Part shown: positions 28,148 through 37,963 of the stretch, one piece after another
How the letters are laid out: each line of letters opens with the position of its first letter
Position numbering within the stretch: position 1 is the first letter of the stretch
Sequence record: DRR723986_5754
Length of the DNA stretch: 64,000 bases
Strand: one strand, 5' to 3'
Position numbers and translations under genes: made by a program
Notes under the pieces: generated by a model
The model's input: only the letters and a program-made list of their open reading frames with translations
Databases searched by the model: none
What the model was told of the DNA's origin: nothing

Positions 28148-29076
28148 GATACATGTCTCCAGTCTAATACCATTTTTAAACACTCTGGGTCTTCCAGAGC
28201 TTTTCGATAGGCGTTTGGTCCATCCATCGCATCTGCTTGATGCGAAATTATACCGGACAGAAGGTTTGGATGCTCGGAGAGCAAGCCAACAACTGCCGTT
28301 AAATCATGGGGTTGCCATTCTGCCGCTATGCGTATGGTCAGTTGACGCATGAAAGCGGGCGGAAAAGTAAAATTGACTTTGCGGTGATAAAAGCCCGCTA
28401 AAACCAGCAAACTGCCCTTAGCCATATATTGAATAACCAGGTCTGTTATGTCCGGGTCACCGCTCGCATCAACCACAGTTTTATAATCTTTACGCGTGTC
28501 ATTTTCTGCTGAGCACACTTTGTATTGTCCGCCGCATTCCATACGACTTTCATCTTTTTCCCAAACCGTCGGTGTGCCGCCAAGGGCAAGCGTTAGTCGC
28601 GCCATTAGGCGTCCAAGAACGCCGTGTCCTATAATAAGGTCGGGCAGGCCGCCTACGGTCAGCGCATGATGGGCAGTTGCGGCAAGGGCGATTAAAACAC
28701 CCTCACGGCCAATATCGCTTGGCAGCCGAACAAGCCGGTTTGCCTGTGTCACAATTTTTGAAGACGCGGCGCCAAACAGGCCATGAATTTCACCGAAGCA
28801 TGTAGCCCCAGGAATAAAGACTGTGTCGCCTACATTGATTGACGCGTTGCTTGGCGCCTCTAAAACTCTACCAGTCGCTTCATATCCAGGCACAAGCGGG
28901 TAGCCCATTCCAGGAAAGGGGGGCATTTCACCGGTCCAGATAAGTTTTTCAGTGCCTGTGCTAATGCCGCTGAAGTCAACTTGAATAAGGGCATCTTCTG
29001 CGCTTGGGTTATCAATCTCCAGTGAACGCAAAATTGCGTCCTGAGGATTATTAATAACGATTGCAAGCGTTTCCAT
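28144..29076 (-). CDS. bchC: 2-desacetyl-2-hydroxyethyl bacteriochlorophyllide dehydrogenase
   Basis: SGISTGTEKL.WTGEMPPFPGMGYPLVPGYE, ALAATAHHA, CLKMVLDW. Confidence 0.96.
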   Translation of the reverse strand: METLAIVINNPQDAILRSLEIDNPSAEDALIQVDFSGISTGTEKLIWTGEMPPFPGMGYPLVPGYEATGRVLEAPSNASINVGDTVFIPGATCFGEIHGLFGAASSKIVTQANRLVRLPSDIGREGVLIALAATAHHALTVGGLPDLIIGHGVLGRLMARLTLALGGTPTVWEKDESRMECGGQYKVCSAENDTRKDYKTVVDASGDPDITDLVIQYMAKGSLLVLAGFYHRKVNFTFPPAFMRQLTIRIAAEWQPHDLTAVVGLLSEHPNLLSGIISHQADAMDGPNAYRKALEDPECLKMVLDWRHVS

Positions 29077-29226
29077 TCACCACGACCCTAATAAATCTAT
29101 TCGCGGCTATCCCCAACAAGCTATTCCCCTCAATTAGGATCGCTCGATAGCTGCATTAACAAACTCAAAACTGGGAACTGAAAACAGTGTCGGTATACAG
29201 TTGCTTAACAAGTTAATAAGCAATTA

Positions 29227-29270
29227 CGTAATAATAAAATTACATATACAATTGTCAACTAATATTGACA
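29227..29270. promoter_or_regulatory. PpsR operator pair at the bchC promoter
   Basis: CGT-N12-ACA at 29227-29244 and TGT-N12-ACA at 29253-29270, 8 bp apart. Confidence 0.85.
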
Positions 29271-29314
29271 CATTTGGTAAATGGTTTATCTGCGCGAAAT
29301 TTAATGAAGGGCAC

Positions 29315-30541
29315 TTAGTCGGTAGCGCGTGCAGTGATTACTCTTGCAATCATAGGCAGTGCAGTGGGGTGTTCTTTAACAGCCGAAAAACCGGCGTTGT
29401 GTAGCAAACCCCTTACCTGAGCGCTTGTTCGGGCGCGGCCTCTGCCCATTGCGAGAAGAAACCAGCCAAAGTAAATACGACCAATTTTCTCTCTTACGTT
29501 CGTTCCGGCAAGTGTTTCTGCAATAAGGATTGTACCGCCGGGGCGTAATGTTTTTCGTACTTTGCGCAGTAGATTGGTTGCGCTTTCATCGCTTTGGTCA
29601 TGTAAAACGCGAATCAGGCAGCTAATGTCTTTGTCGGCAGGTAAGTCACCAGACCCAAAATCACCGGGTACAAACGTTAACTGCTCCATTGGAGTGTCTT
29701 GAGCTTCAAGGTTTTGCTTTGCCAAATCTATTACTGGCGGCAGGTCATATAGCGTGAGATTTAGGTTTGGGTTTTCCAGTGCAACGCGTCTTGAGAAAGT
29801 GCCAGTACCACACCCCACATCAAGTAAATGGGTAAATTTAGAAAAATTAAAGGCCCCCAAAACCAGATCAGAAACTGTTGATTGTGTCGTCGCCATAACG
29901 TCGCTGTAACTGGCGGCTTGGTCAGAATTTATCTGGTCGACATTTTCATCTTGCGTGTAGGCCCAAAATTGCGCCATTTTTGATTCAAGCGGTGCATATA
30001 ACACCTCTTTCGGGTTTGCTAAATCACGGTACAAAAGATCATGATGTCGAACCATGGTGGAAATGCCGGGGTCAGCCAAAACGGCTGTTCCCAGCCTGCC
30101 AATTGCCACACGTTTATCTCTGCGGTATCGCAGCAGTTTCAAAGCCACTGCACCGTCAATTAGAACGGCCAGGTTGTCGGCTGGGGCCCCAGTTTGTTCT
30201 GCCAAATCCGCCAAATCCATTGGCTTGTGTTTCAGCTTTTGGAATAGGTCTAGTTCAACGCAACCGGCTAGAGTTTGCGAATAGCAAAAGCCGACGCAAA
30301 TATCGTATAATTCGCGGGCATCTTTGCGCGCAACGCCGCGGGTCATTATATTTTGGGTAAGCTTTCGCTGTGTATTGCGATCGGCCAGTTTTGCCATCAA
30401 CCAATCTGTAATGCGGTCATATATATGCGTCAAAAAACCAACCTGTCGATTTATATTGTGGTTAGGAGATAACGGGTTGCACGGATCAGCTTTTCTACCG
30501 TTCGCTGATGTTGCCTGACCGTTTAGGCTGATAAAGCCCAA
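29315..30541 (-). CDS. crtF: Hydroxyneurosporene O-methyltransferase
   Basis: ARELYDICVGFCYSQTL, MVRHHDLLYRDL, LLDVGCGTG, IRVLHD, YFGWFLLAMGRGRAR. Start codon uncertain. Confidence 0.9.
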   Translation of the reverse strand: MGFISLNGQATSANGRKADPCNPLSPNHNINRQVGFLTHIYDRITDWLMAKLADRNTQRKLTQNIMTRGVARKDARELYDICVGFCYSQTLAGCVELDLFQKLKHKPMDLADLAEQTGAPADNLAVLIDGAVALKLLRYRRDKRVAIGRLGTAVLADPGISTMVRHHDLLYRDLANPKEVLYAPLESKMAQFWAYTQDENVDQINSDQAASYSDVMATTQSTVSDLVLGAFNFSKFTHLLDVGCGTGTFSRRVALENPNLNLTLYDLPPVIDLAKQNLEAQDTPMEQLTFVPGDFGSGDLPADKDISCLIRVLHDQSDESATNLLRKVRKTLRPGGTILIAETLAGTNVREKIGRIYFGWFLLAMGRGRARTSAQVRGLLHNAGFSAVKEHPTALPMIARVITARATD

Positions 30542-31407
30542 ATGTTATCGGGTAAGAAATTTCGCGTGGTTGCCCGCACCAAAACTTCGAGAGACTCTCT
30601 GCCTGGGCATTCAGGAATATGGCTTACCGCCGTATCAATTTGCTGCATTAACGTTTCCACGGCCTGTTTAACGCCCAGTGTATTTGCAATATTAGGGCGG
30701 CCAAACCGCTCGTCTTGGCCGCATGGTTTGCCGCGTGTACCCTGAGTTGAGGTTACGTCGCATATATCATCAGCCATTTGATAAGCAGACCCCAATTCCA
30801 TGCCAAATGCAGACCACGAGTCAGCATCAGGATATTCTGCCACCAAAGCTCCCATTACGGTAACACCGGCAAACAAAGCACCTGTTTTGGCCGCATGGTA
30901 AGCGTTAATGTCTGGCTCAGGTTCTTCTTCCCAGGCTTGACCGGCGCAAAGACCAAAAGGCATGCCAATACAACCGGCCAGCGTTTTGGTAAGAGACGGC
31001 AGTATGTGATGGTCTTTTGCTGCGCCAACGGCAAGCTCTTCAAAAGCCAGCATAATAAGCGCATCACCTGTCAGAACGGCAATGGGTTCACCGTATTTCT
31101 TATGCGTGGTAGGTTTGCCGCGCCGTATCTCAGCGTCGTCGAAAGTGGGTAAATCATCATGCACTAATGACGCGCAATGCATTAATTCCAGGGAAACAGC
31201 GGCAGATAAAGCCAGGTCTTCTTTTTGCGCACCGCACGCCGCGGCAACAGCCAGCATCAAACGCGGCCTTATGCGCGCACCGCCCGGTAGCACAGCATCT
31301 TTCATAGCCGCCACTAATTTGGGGGGAGCGCCAGGTTGGTCAGCGCGCTGCAATGCAGAGAGGACTTTTTCATCAATAGCATCAACGCTTTTTGCAGTTA
31401 CTGGCAT
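30523..31407 (-). CDS. crtE: Geranylgeranyl diphosphate synthase
   Basis: PGGARIRP, HCASLVHDDLPTFDDAEIRRGKP, YQMADD. Start moved to ATG 31407 (GGAG RBS). Confidence 0.94.
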   Translation of the reverse strand: MPVTAKSVDAIDEKVLSALQRADQPGAPPKLVAAMKDAVLPGGARIRPRLMLAVAAACGAQKEDLALSAAVSLELMHCASLVHDDLPTFDDAEIRRGKPTTHKKYGEPIAVLTGDALIMLAFEELAVGAAKDHHILPSLTKTLAGCIGMPFGLCAGQAWEEEPEPDINAYHAAKTGALFAGVTVMGALVAEYPDADSWSAFGMELGSAYQMADDICDVTSTQGTRGKPCGQDERFGRPNIANTLGVKQAVETLMQQIDTAVSHIPECPGRESLEVLVRATTRNFLPDNIWALSA

Positions 31408-31527
31408 GACACTATTCTCCCAAAAAGATTGTCCGCTTTTCCATTCACAAATTACAAATGCGGCGTCTAAAAAGTCTGGCTGTAAATGGACTATTGAGGC
31501 TTCATTCACATAGACTATTCAAGAAAA

Positions 31528-31571
31528 TGTCAGATATAACTGTCACACATATGTGTAATTTTGTATATACA
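31528..31571. promoter_or_regulatory. PpsR operator pair in the divergent crtE/crtD promoter
   Basis: TGT-N12-TCA at 31528-31545 and perfect TGT-N12-ACA at 31554-31571, 8 bp apart. Confidence 0.8.
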
Positions 31572-31593
31572 TTTTTTGAACGGGGGACACGGT

Positions 31594-33204
31594 TTGGCAT
31601 CAGCGCCTAAAATTGCAGTTATTGGCTCTGGTATAGCTGGTATGATGTCTGCTTTGCGCCTGAGCCGGCTAGGGTACGATGTTACGATTTTTGAAGCGCA
31701 ACCCAACGTAGGCGGGAAAATAGCCACTGAAAAATTCACCGTAGGAACCTCTCAAGTTAACGTAGACTGTGGCCCCACCGTCTTTTCTATGAAGCCGTTG
31801 TTTGAGGAAATGTTTGAGGACATGGGGCTAAGTTTTGACGGCTCTGTTACAACCAAGCCTCATCATCTTTTGGCGCGTCATTATTGGCCCGGCAAAGCAG
31901 GCGCTGCAAATAAAGGCCCAGCCAAGCTTGATCTATACGCCGATATAGAAAAATCCAGTGAGATGATCGGCGATTTTGCCGGAGCTCAAGATGCTGAGGC
32001 GTTCAAAAAAACCATTGCTCGTGCTCAAGACTTATTCAGTGGCTTGGATCATACATTTATGCGGGCCGCTTCGCCCAATATGATGAAGTTAATTTTTGCA
32101 TTACCTTTGTTTGGCTTACCTATGTTGGTAAAAGCGAAGCCTTGGCAAAGCTTGTGGTCGCTGCTGCAAGGCAGGTTCAAAGACCCGAGATTAGTGCAAT
32201 TGTTCGCGCGCTACAGCACCTACTGTGGTGGTAACCCTATGCAAACATCTGCGCTGTTTTTACTTGTTTTGCAGGCAGAGTTTGCAGGTTTATGGTCGCT
32301 TGATGGGGGCATGGCAGCACTGGCTACTGCCATGGAAAAACATTTAAGCGATAGCGGTGCAACAATTTATACCAATGCCTATGTTGAACAAATTCTGACA
32401 CGCGGTTCTGGCATAAAAGCTGTTCAACTTCATGATGGTCGATCTTTCGAATGTGACGTGGTTATAATGGCAGGTGATGTGTCCTATCTTGCGTCCTTGT
32501 TGCCCGAGACATTTGCTCACAAGGCGCCAAAACCTGTTACAGGGCCAAACCGATCGCTGTCAGCAACAACGCTTACATCAGTGGGCGAAATTAAGGGCCT
32601 AGATACAGCAGCCCATACGGTCTTCTTTAGCGCTGACTATGCGAAAGAGTTTGAGGCTATAAAAAAGGGCCACATCCCCAATGACCCAACATTGTACCTG
32701 AATAAATCAAACTGTTTAGATACAGAGAGTGACAGCGCATTAAGTCGCATATTTTTTATTGCTAATGCCCGTGCCTTGCAAGGTGCTGAACCCATCAGTA
32801 GCCAATCATATTTAGCGGATGATAAAAATAGCCCAGCCGATTCAAAGGAGAGATATCTGTGGCAGAAACAGATAGAAAGCAAACTTCAAGATTTGGGAGT
32901 TCACCTCTCACATCACGTAGTACCGAAAGTAACCATGCCAAAGGACTTCGCCCAGCGCTTTCCGGGCAGTGGGGGGGCACTATACGGGCGGGCACCGCAT
33001 GGGATGCTGGCGTCTTTCATGCGACCGGGATTGAGAACCAAAATACCGGGCCTATATCTGGCGAGCGGCAGCGCCCATCCGTCAGCGGGGGTGCCGATGT
33101 CGGCCCTGTCGGGTTTCACGGCGGCTGGGGCAGTCGCGACAGATTTGGCTTCCAGGAAACGCCTCCACCCGGGGGGTATCTCTGGTGGTACGTCGACGTT
33201 GTAA
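31594..33204 (+). CDS. crtD: 1-hydroxycarotenoid 3,4-desaturase
   Basis: VIGSGIAG FAD motif, DCGPTVFSM, DPRLVQLFARYSTYCG, FPGSGGALYG, GSAHPSAGVPM. Probable TTG start at 31594 after GGGGGA. Confidence 0.93.
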   Translation: MASAPKIAVIGSGIAGMMSALRLSRLGYDVTIFEAQPNVGGKIATEKFTVGTSQVNVDCGPTVFSMKPLFEEMFEDMGLSFDGSVTTKPHHLLARHYWPGKAGAANKGPAKLDLYADIEKSSEMIGDFAGAQDAEAFKKTIARAQDLFSGLDHTFMRAASPNMMKLIFALPLFGLPMLVKAKPWQSLWSLLQGRFKDPRLVQLFARYSTYCGGNPMQTSALFLLVLQAEFAGLWSLDGGMAALATAMEKHLSDSGATIYTNAYVEQILTRGSGIKAVQLHDGRSFECDVVIMAGDVSYLASLLPETFAHKAPKPVTGPNRSLSATTLTSVGEIKGLDTAAHTVFFSADYAKEFEAIKKGHIPNDPTLYLNKSNCLDTESDSALSRIFFIANARALQGAEPISSQSYLADDKNSPADSKERYLWQKQIESKLQDLGVHLSHHVVPKVTMPKDFAQRFPGSGGALYGRAPHGMLASFMRPGLRTKIPGLYLASGSAHPSAGVPMSALSGFTAAGAVATDLASRKRLHPGGISGGTSTL

Positions 33205-34091
33205 GTGATTGTGGCAATTGGGGGCTTAGTTTAATTGCCTTCATAGGGAGTGTTTTCTCTCCTTATTATGCGTGGTCTGGCAGGGCAAAGCCCCAGAACC
33301 ACTGTGCGGTTAATGTCGGCATTTACGGTAAGGGCATGACCTATTGGGCCATGACCGAGCGGCCCGAAAAAGCTGTTTCCAGAAGTGAAGATACACTGCA
33401 AATTGGCCCTAGCGCCTTGCAGTGGGACGGTGCGAAATTAGCCATCAATATTAATGAAATTACCGCACCTCTGCCGCGGCGTATTCGCGGGCAAATTACC
33501 GTTGAACCCCTGCAGAACTTTGGTGACCCGATCACGTTAGATCAGGGGGGCGGTCATGTGTGGTGGCCTATTGCGCCGGTTTCACGTGTGCGTGTTGATC
33601 TTTCTCACCCCAACATGGAATGGCAAGGCTACGGTTATCTTGATAGCAACCGCGGTGACGAACCGCTGGAAGACGGTGTGAAAACATGGACATGGACACG
33701 CTTAACACTTGACGATGCAGCCTCGCCCACAGCACCGCCGAAAGTGGCCGTGTTATATGATTTGGTTGGCCGCCGCGAAAACAGTACACTTAATTTTGGC
33801 CGGTGCTTTAGCGCAAACGAAAATGCCACTGAATTTACACCACCGCCTGTGCAGCAGCTGTCCACCAGCTTGTGGCAAATGAAACGGTCTGTCGCGTCAG
33901 ACCCGATGGCTGAACCCGCAAAGGTGATAAAAACGGCAGAAGACTCACCGTTTTACACGCGATCTATCATTCAATGTGGTCTCGATGGGAAAACCCATCT
34001 TGGTATGCATGAAAGCCTGAATATGGACCGTTTCAGAACATGGTGGATGAAAGCGCTGATGCCCGTTCGCATGCCGCGGCAGCTTTATTGA
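32859..34091 (+). CDS. crtC: Carotenoid 1,2-hydratase
   Basis: PGGYLWWYVD, IAFIGSVFSPYYAW, HVWWPIAP, GYLDSNRGDEPLE, EDSPFYTRS, MHESL. AAGGAG RBS before GTG 32859. Confidence 0.92.
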   Translation: MAETDRKQTSRFGSSPLTSRSTESNHAKGLRPALSGQWGGTIRAGTAWDAGVFHATGIENQNTGPISGERQRPSVSGGADVGPVGFHGGWGSRDRFGFQETPPPGGYLWWYVDVVSDCGNWGLSLIAFIGSVFSPYYAWSGRAKPQNHCAVNVGIYGKGMTYWAMTERPEKAVSRSEDTLQIGPSALQWDGAKLAININEITAPLPRRIRGQITVEPLQNFGDPITLDQGGGHVWWPIAPVSRVRVDLSHPNMEWQGYGYLDSNRGDEPLEDGVKTWTWTRLTLDDAASPTAPPKVAVLYDLVGRRENSTLNFGRCFSANENATEFTPPPVQQLSTSLWQMKRSVASDPMAEPAKVIKTAEDSPFYTRSIIQCGLDGKTHLGMHESLNMDRFRTWWMKALMPVRMPRQLY

Positions 34092-34141
34092 GAAATTATT
34101 AGGAAGGCACCAAATAGCGGCAGCATAGATCGGGCGCTCAA

Positions 34142-34315
34142 CTATTTTGAAGGCGCGTCTGTTGTGGTATCATCGGCTTGGTTTTTCTCAGCTTTTTTAG
34201 CACGAAGTTCACGCAAGTCGCGCCGCATTTTCCACACCTGCCAGATACCAAAGCTCAAGAGCCCGCCATACAGAAAAACCGTTTCGAACAAAAACAACCA
34301 ATCTCTGTTATCCAT
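34142..34315 (-). CDS. Small single-pass membrane protein (57 aa, below the ORF-track cutoff)
   Basis: MDNRDWLFLFETVFLYGGLLSFGIWQVWKMRRDLRELRAKKAEKNQADDTTTDAPSK*. GAGAG RBS; starts 26 nt after the crtB stop on the same strand. Confidence 0.7.
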   Translation of the reverse strand: MDNRDWLFLFETVFLYGGLLSFGIWQVWKMRRDLRELRAKKAEKNQADDTTTDAPSK

Positions 34316-34341
34316 TGTACGTTTCTCTCAAAGTAGTGGTG

Positions 34342-35364
34342 CTATTTCGTGTTGGGTCTTGCGATTAATCCGGCGGCCCAAACGAATCGGTCTGAAAGGT
34401 TTGGTTCAGGTGGTGCTGCCATTGCGGCTTTCGCTGTAATATCAACCAATTCCTGCGCTTCAGGAACACCGACGCAAACATCACTGGATTTTCGCTTGAA
34501 AACGGCATAACAGCTGCGGGCAAGAAGCACTAGCTTCCTATTCTTGGTAACAATGGCTCGCTGGGTAACGCTATCATGGTTCATGCGGGCAATCACACGG
34601 CCAATATCGGCATATATATAGCGCGAAGCATACACCCCGGCACGGGCGTCGCGTGGCAGGCGCGCAATGCCAATCTCCGCATGTTTGTACCATATGGCGG
34701 CTTCATCCAGCAATTGCTTAACGCATTGTTTTACCGGATCATCGGCGGTTGGGTTAATGAGAAAGCTTTCCGGGTCCACGCCCTTTTCACGCAACCAATC
34801 GCGCGGCATGTAAAGTCTATTCGCATTTGCGTCTTCGCCCACATCGCGGGCAATATTAGTCAGTTGCATGGCAACGCCGAGGCTGCAGGCGCGGTCTATT
34901 GTGTCGCGGTCCCGAACGCCTAAAATAAGCGCAACCACAGCGCCAACAGTGCTGGCCACGCGCACGCCGTATGCGCGCACGTCTGAAATTGTTTGGTATT
35001 CTCGCTCGACGGTATCCCATTCAAAGCCTTCAATCAGAAGATCAAGCACGGGGCGAGGAATTGCATGCGTCAGCAACAGGTCTGCGAAGGCGCGGTCCAC
35101 AGGGTGTGCTCTGGGCTTGTTATCATAGCAAAGGTCTAGCCTTTGTTTCAGCCTTTCAAGCGAAACAGCCTTATCCAATGAGAAGTCGATGCTGTCATCA
35201 GCCAGTCGGCAAAAAGCATAAAATGTTGTGATGGGGTCACGTAATCTTTGCGGTAAAAGTTTTGCTGCTGTGTGAAAGCTGACAGAACCTTGTTTGAGCA
35301 TCATGCGGCACCGAGCGTGGTCGGCAAAACTTGCATGGGTTTTGTTGGCTTCACGAGGCAGCAT
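34342..35364 (-). CDS. crtB: Phytoene synthase
   Basis: GSVSFHTAAKLLP, YAFCRLADDSID, RVASTVG, LGVAMQLTNIARDVGED. Probable start ATG 35364 overlapping the crtI end. Confidence 0.95.
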   Translation of the reverse strand: MLPREANKTHASFADHARCRMMLKQGSVSFHTAAKLLPQRLRDPITTFYAFCRLADDSIDFSLDKAVSLERLKQRLDLCYDNKPRAHPVDRAFADLLLTHAIPRPVLDLLIEGFEWDTVEREYQTISDVRAYGVRVASTVGAVVALILGVRDRDTIDRACSLGVAMQLTNIARDVGEDANANRLYMPRDWLREKGVDPESFLINPTADDPVKQCVKQLLDEAAIWYKHAEIGIARLPRDARAGVYASRYIYADIGRVIARMNHDSVTQRAIVTKNRKLVLLARSCYAVFKRKSSDVCVGVPEAQELVDITAKAAMAAPPEPNLSDRFVWAAGLIARPNTK

Positions 35365-36898
35365 GAGGCACCATGTCTGTTGCAACGCGCGCGGATGAAA
35401 GCACGCCGGGCAGCCCAGCGCCGGGGTGTGTCCCGGCCCCTACCAAATATAAGCCCTTAATTTTTTCACTGCGGTTATGCGGCCGGAACCATGCGCTTTG
35501 CAGCAAATGCGGCGCTAGGGAAAAGCCAGAGCCTTTGTTTGATCGAAGTTCGCTTTGGAAATTGAGAGGTGTCATCACGCGACTGCTGGCAATCTGGTTC
35601 TCCAAATCGGGTAAAACAGTTTGTGATAGGAAAGCTTCAATTTTCTTGCGGTATACCTCTTCCATTGTGGTCCAATCTATATCCCCATTAAGGTTGGGAA
35701 CGGGCGATAAAACATAAAAACTGTCGCACCCATCAGGGGCCAGGCTAGGGTCTGACGCTGTTGGCCTATGCAAATACAGGCTGAAGTCGTCTGCTAATTT
35801 TGTATGCTGGAATATATCTTCCAAAAGCTCTTGGTAGCGTTCATTCAGCATAATCATGTGATGGGGTATGTCAGGGTATTGACGCTTTGTACCAAAATAC
35901 CAAACAAACAACCCCATACTATGCCGGGATTTCTCTATTTTCTGAGGCGTCCAGCGTTTGGCAGCTGTTTGGGGTAAAAGTCGGGTATATGTCTCAGACA
36001 AATCTGCATTCGACAGCACGGTTTGTGCAGGTATGTGTGTGCCGTTTTCCAAAGTCACACCTGAAACACTGTCGCCGTCCATTTCGATAGATTTTGCAGG
36101 GGCGTTATAGTGAACGCGCCCGCCTTCTTCTTCAAACAACTGCACCATGGCTTTAATGAGTGCACCCATGCCGCCGCGCGGGAAATGTACGCCGTGCTCT
36201 TTCTCCAAGAATGCAATCAGGGAATATATGGCTGTTGTATCAAAGGGGTTTCCACCAATAAGCAGCGGATGAAAGCTGAAAATACGCCGTAAATAGGGAT
36301 GTTTAAAGTACCGACAGGCGTTTCGGTAAACGGATAAATGGAATCTAAAACGAATAAGACTGGGCGTGATGCTGATCATTTTTAACACAGTATCAATTGG
36401 CTCATTACAAAGCCGCTCAAAGCCAACTTTATAAATGCCTTCGCTGTCTCGCATCAAATCATCATACTTATCTTCTTCGCCCGGGCTGATCTGCGCAATC
36501 TCAGCGCGCATTTTCTCTCGGTCGCCGGTGTAGGAAAACAAGTGACCGTCTGGAAGGCGAATTTTGTAAAATGGATCAAGTGGTAAAATATCAATATCAT
36601 CTTCAATTTTGCGACCGAACAAGGACCATAAATCGCTAAATAAGAAAGGTGCGGTAATAATTGTTGGTCCGGCGTCAAAGACGAAACCGTCTTGATTGAA
36701 AACGCGCGCCCGTCCGCCCGGTTGATCGAGCGCTTCCAGCAAATCAACATCATAGCCTTTTGCAAGCAACCTTATTGCCGCCGCAATGCCACCAATACCA
36801 CTGCCGATAACAACTGCTTTTGGGCCATCATTACCCTTTATGCTTTTGTGAGGAGCCTGTTCAGCCATCTTAAAGGTGTCGGAAGCTAGCTCGTTCAT
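35351..36898 (-). CDS. crtI: Phytoene desaturase
   Basis: VIGSGIGG, FDAGPTIITAP, FSFHPLLIGGNPF, QSAWFRPHNRSE, VGAGTHPGAGLPGV. Confidence 0.96.
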   Translation of the reverse strand: MNELASDTFKMAEQAPHKSIKGNDGPKAVVIGSGIGGIAAAIRLLAKGYDVDLLEALDQPGGRARVFNQDGFVFDAGPTIITAPFLFSDLWSLFGRKIEDDIDILPLDPFYKIRLPDGHLFSYTGDREKMRAEIAQISPGEEDKYDDLMRDSEGIYKVGFERLCNEPIDTVLKMISITPSLIRFRFHLSVYRNACRYFKHPYLRRIFSFHPLLIGGNPFDTTAIYSLIAFLEKEHGVHFPRGGMGALIKAMVQLFEEEGGRVHYNAPAKSIEMDGDSVSGVTLENGTHIPAQTVLSNADLSETYTRLLPQTAAKRWTPQKIEKSRHSMGLFVWYFGTKRQYPDIPHHMIMLNERYQELLEDIFQHTKLADDFSLYLHRPTASDPSLAPDGCDSFYVLSPVPNLNGDIDWTTMEEVYRKKIEAFLSQTVLPDLENQIASSRVMTPLNFQSELRSNKGSGFSLAPHLLQSAWFRPHNRSEKIKGLYLVGAGTHPGAGLPGVLSSARVATDMVPHAAS

Positions 36899-37023
36899 TT
36901 TTGACTCCGCTAAGGTTAGCTATACAAGCAGCGCGCGATCGGGCGCATAAGGAAATCAAAACACGGTCGCTATACGCCTGCAAACGACAGGCGCAACATA
37001 ATGTTTACATAGATATGGCAGCA

Positions 37024-37041
37024 TGTAAATAAAAGTTGACA
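37024..37041. promoter_or_regulatory. PpsR operator upstream of crtI
   Basis: TGT-aaataaaagttg-ACA. Confidence 0.75.
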
Positions 37042-37045
37042 CCTG

Positions 37046-37963
37046 TTAAGCTGTTGTTGCTGTGTCGGCTTCTGGCGTGGTCATAATAAATTTTAAAATC
37101 TCCTCGCTTACGCGCTCGGGTTGCTCTTCATGGCCGAGATGCCCCAAACCTTTGAGCTTAATGCCAACAGCCTTTTCATTCGATGCCAGAATACGTGCTG
37201 CTTGGCCGGTAGGTACAGCCGTATCATTGGCCATCTCTATCGACAAAAACCTCAACCGCAGATTTTCCATATGCGCTTGAATATCGTGCAAGTTCCAGCT
37301 GGCCATCATGCGTAGAACACTTTTGACATGAACGGGTTGCTGCAAGAGATATTGCATACATTTGAAACCCTGTTCATCGAGGTCAGACCCGGTTTGTTTT
37401 ACTAATCGTCGCATTCCCCGGTCGCTTTTGGCACGGAGTGAAACGATATTGGCTAGTCCTGGAATTTGAGACAGGATTTGTGCTGTCGCGGAAAAAAAAG
37501 GTGCGAGTACCCCACCAAATGGTGTAAGCGCCCCCGCGATAGAAACCAATGCCTCGGGGGGCTTAGGCAATTGGCCAGCCAGTTGAATCATAATCGCAGC
37601 ACCAGCGGAGTGGCCAACTATGACCTCTGGGGTCCAATCTTCATGATCGATCAACTTTTCAATTGCCGCCGCCATGTTTTTAAGTGTGAGCATGTTCTGG
37701 TCATGGATTCTGGTCAAATGATGACCGGGCAGATCAACGCAGACCACTTTATAGTGTCGTGCTAGATGGGGCGCAACACCATGCCAACTGTGAGAAGAAG
37801 CCGCAGTGCCATGCAATAATAAAACTAAAGGTTTCTCGGCAGAGTCGGATGGTTCTTTCTGGCAGTCGAACTCAACTAAATGCCATCTGACATTCTCAAC
37901 CTGTAAAAATCGGCTTTTTGTTTTATGAGGCCAAAATGTCGGCAGGGTTGGTTTTTCAAACAT
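37046..37963 (-). CDS. bchO: Alpha/beta hydrolase BchO
   Basis: LLLHGTAASSHSW, DLPGH, GHSAGAA nucleophile motif, GLGHLGHEEQP. Follows bchD. Confidence 0.88.
   Translation of the reverse strand: MFEKPTLPTFWPHKTKSRFLQVENVRWHLVEFDCQKEPSDSAEKPLVLLLHGTAASSHSWHGVAPHLARHYKVVCVDLPGHHLTRIHDQNMLTLKNMAAAIEKLIDHEDWTPEVIVGHSAGAAIMIQLAGQLPKPPEALVSIAGALTPFGGVLAPFFSATAQILSQIPGLANIVSLRAKSDRGMRRLVKQTGSDLDEQGFKCMQYLLQQPVHVKSVLRMMASWNLHDIQAHMENLRLRFLSIEMANDTAVPTGQAARILASNEKAVGIKLKGLGHLGHEEQPERVSEEILKFIMTTPEADTATTA

Noticed and set aside
29201-29404. 67-aa + strand ORF in the bchC promoter region
   Set aside because: AT-rich promoter DNA containing the PpsR boxes and overlapping the crtF end; no coding signal.
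34164-34439. 91-aa + strand ORF between crtC and crtB
   Set aside because: It overlaps the crtB end and the better-supported 57-aa minus-strand ORF, which has an RBS and TM.
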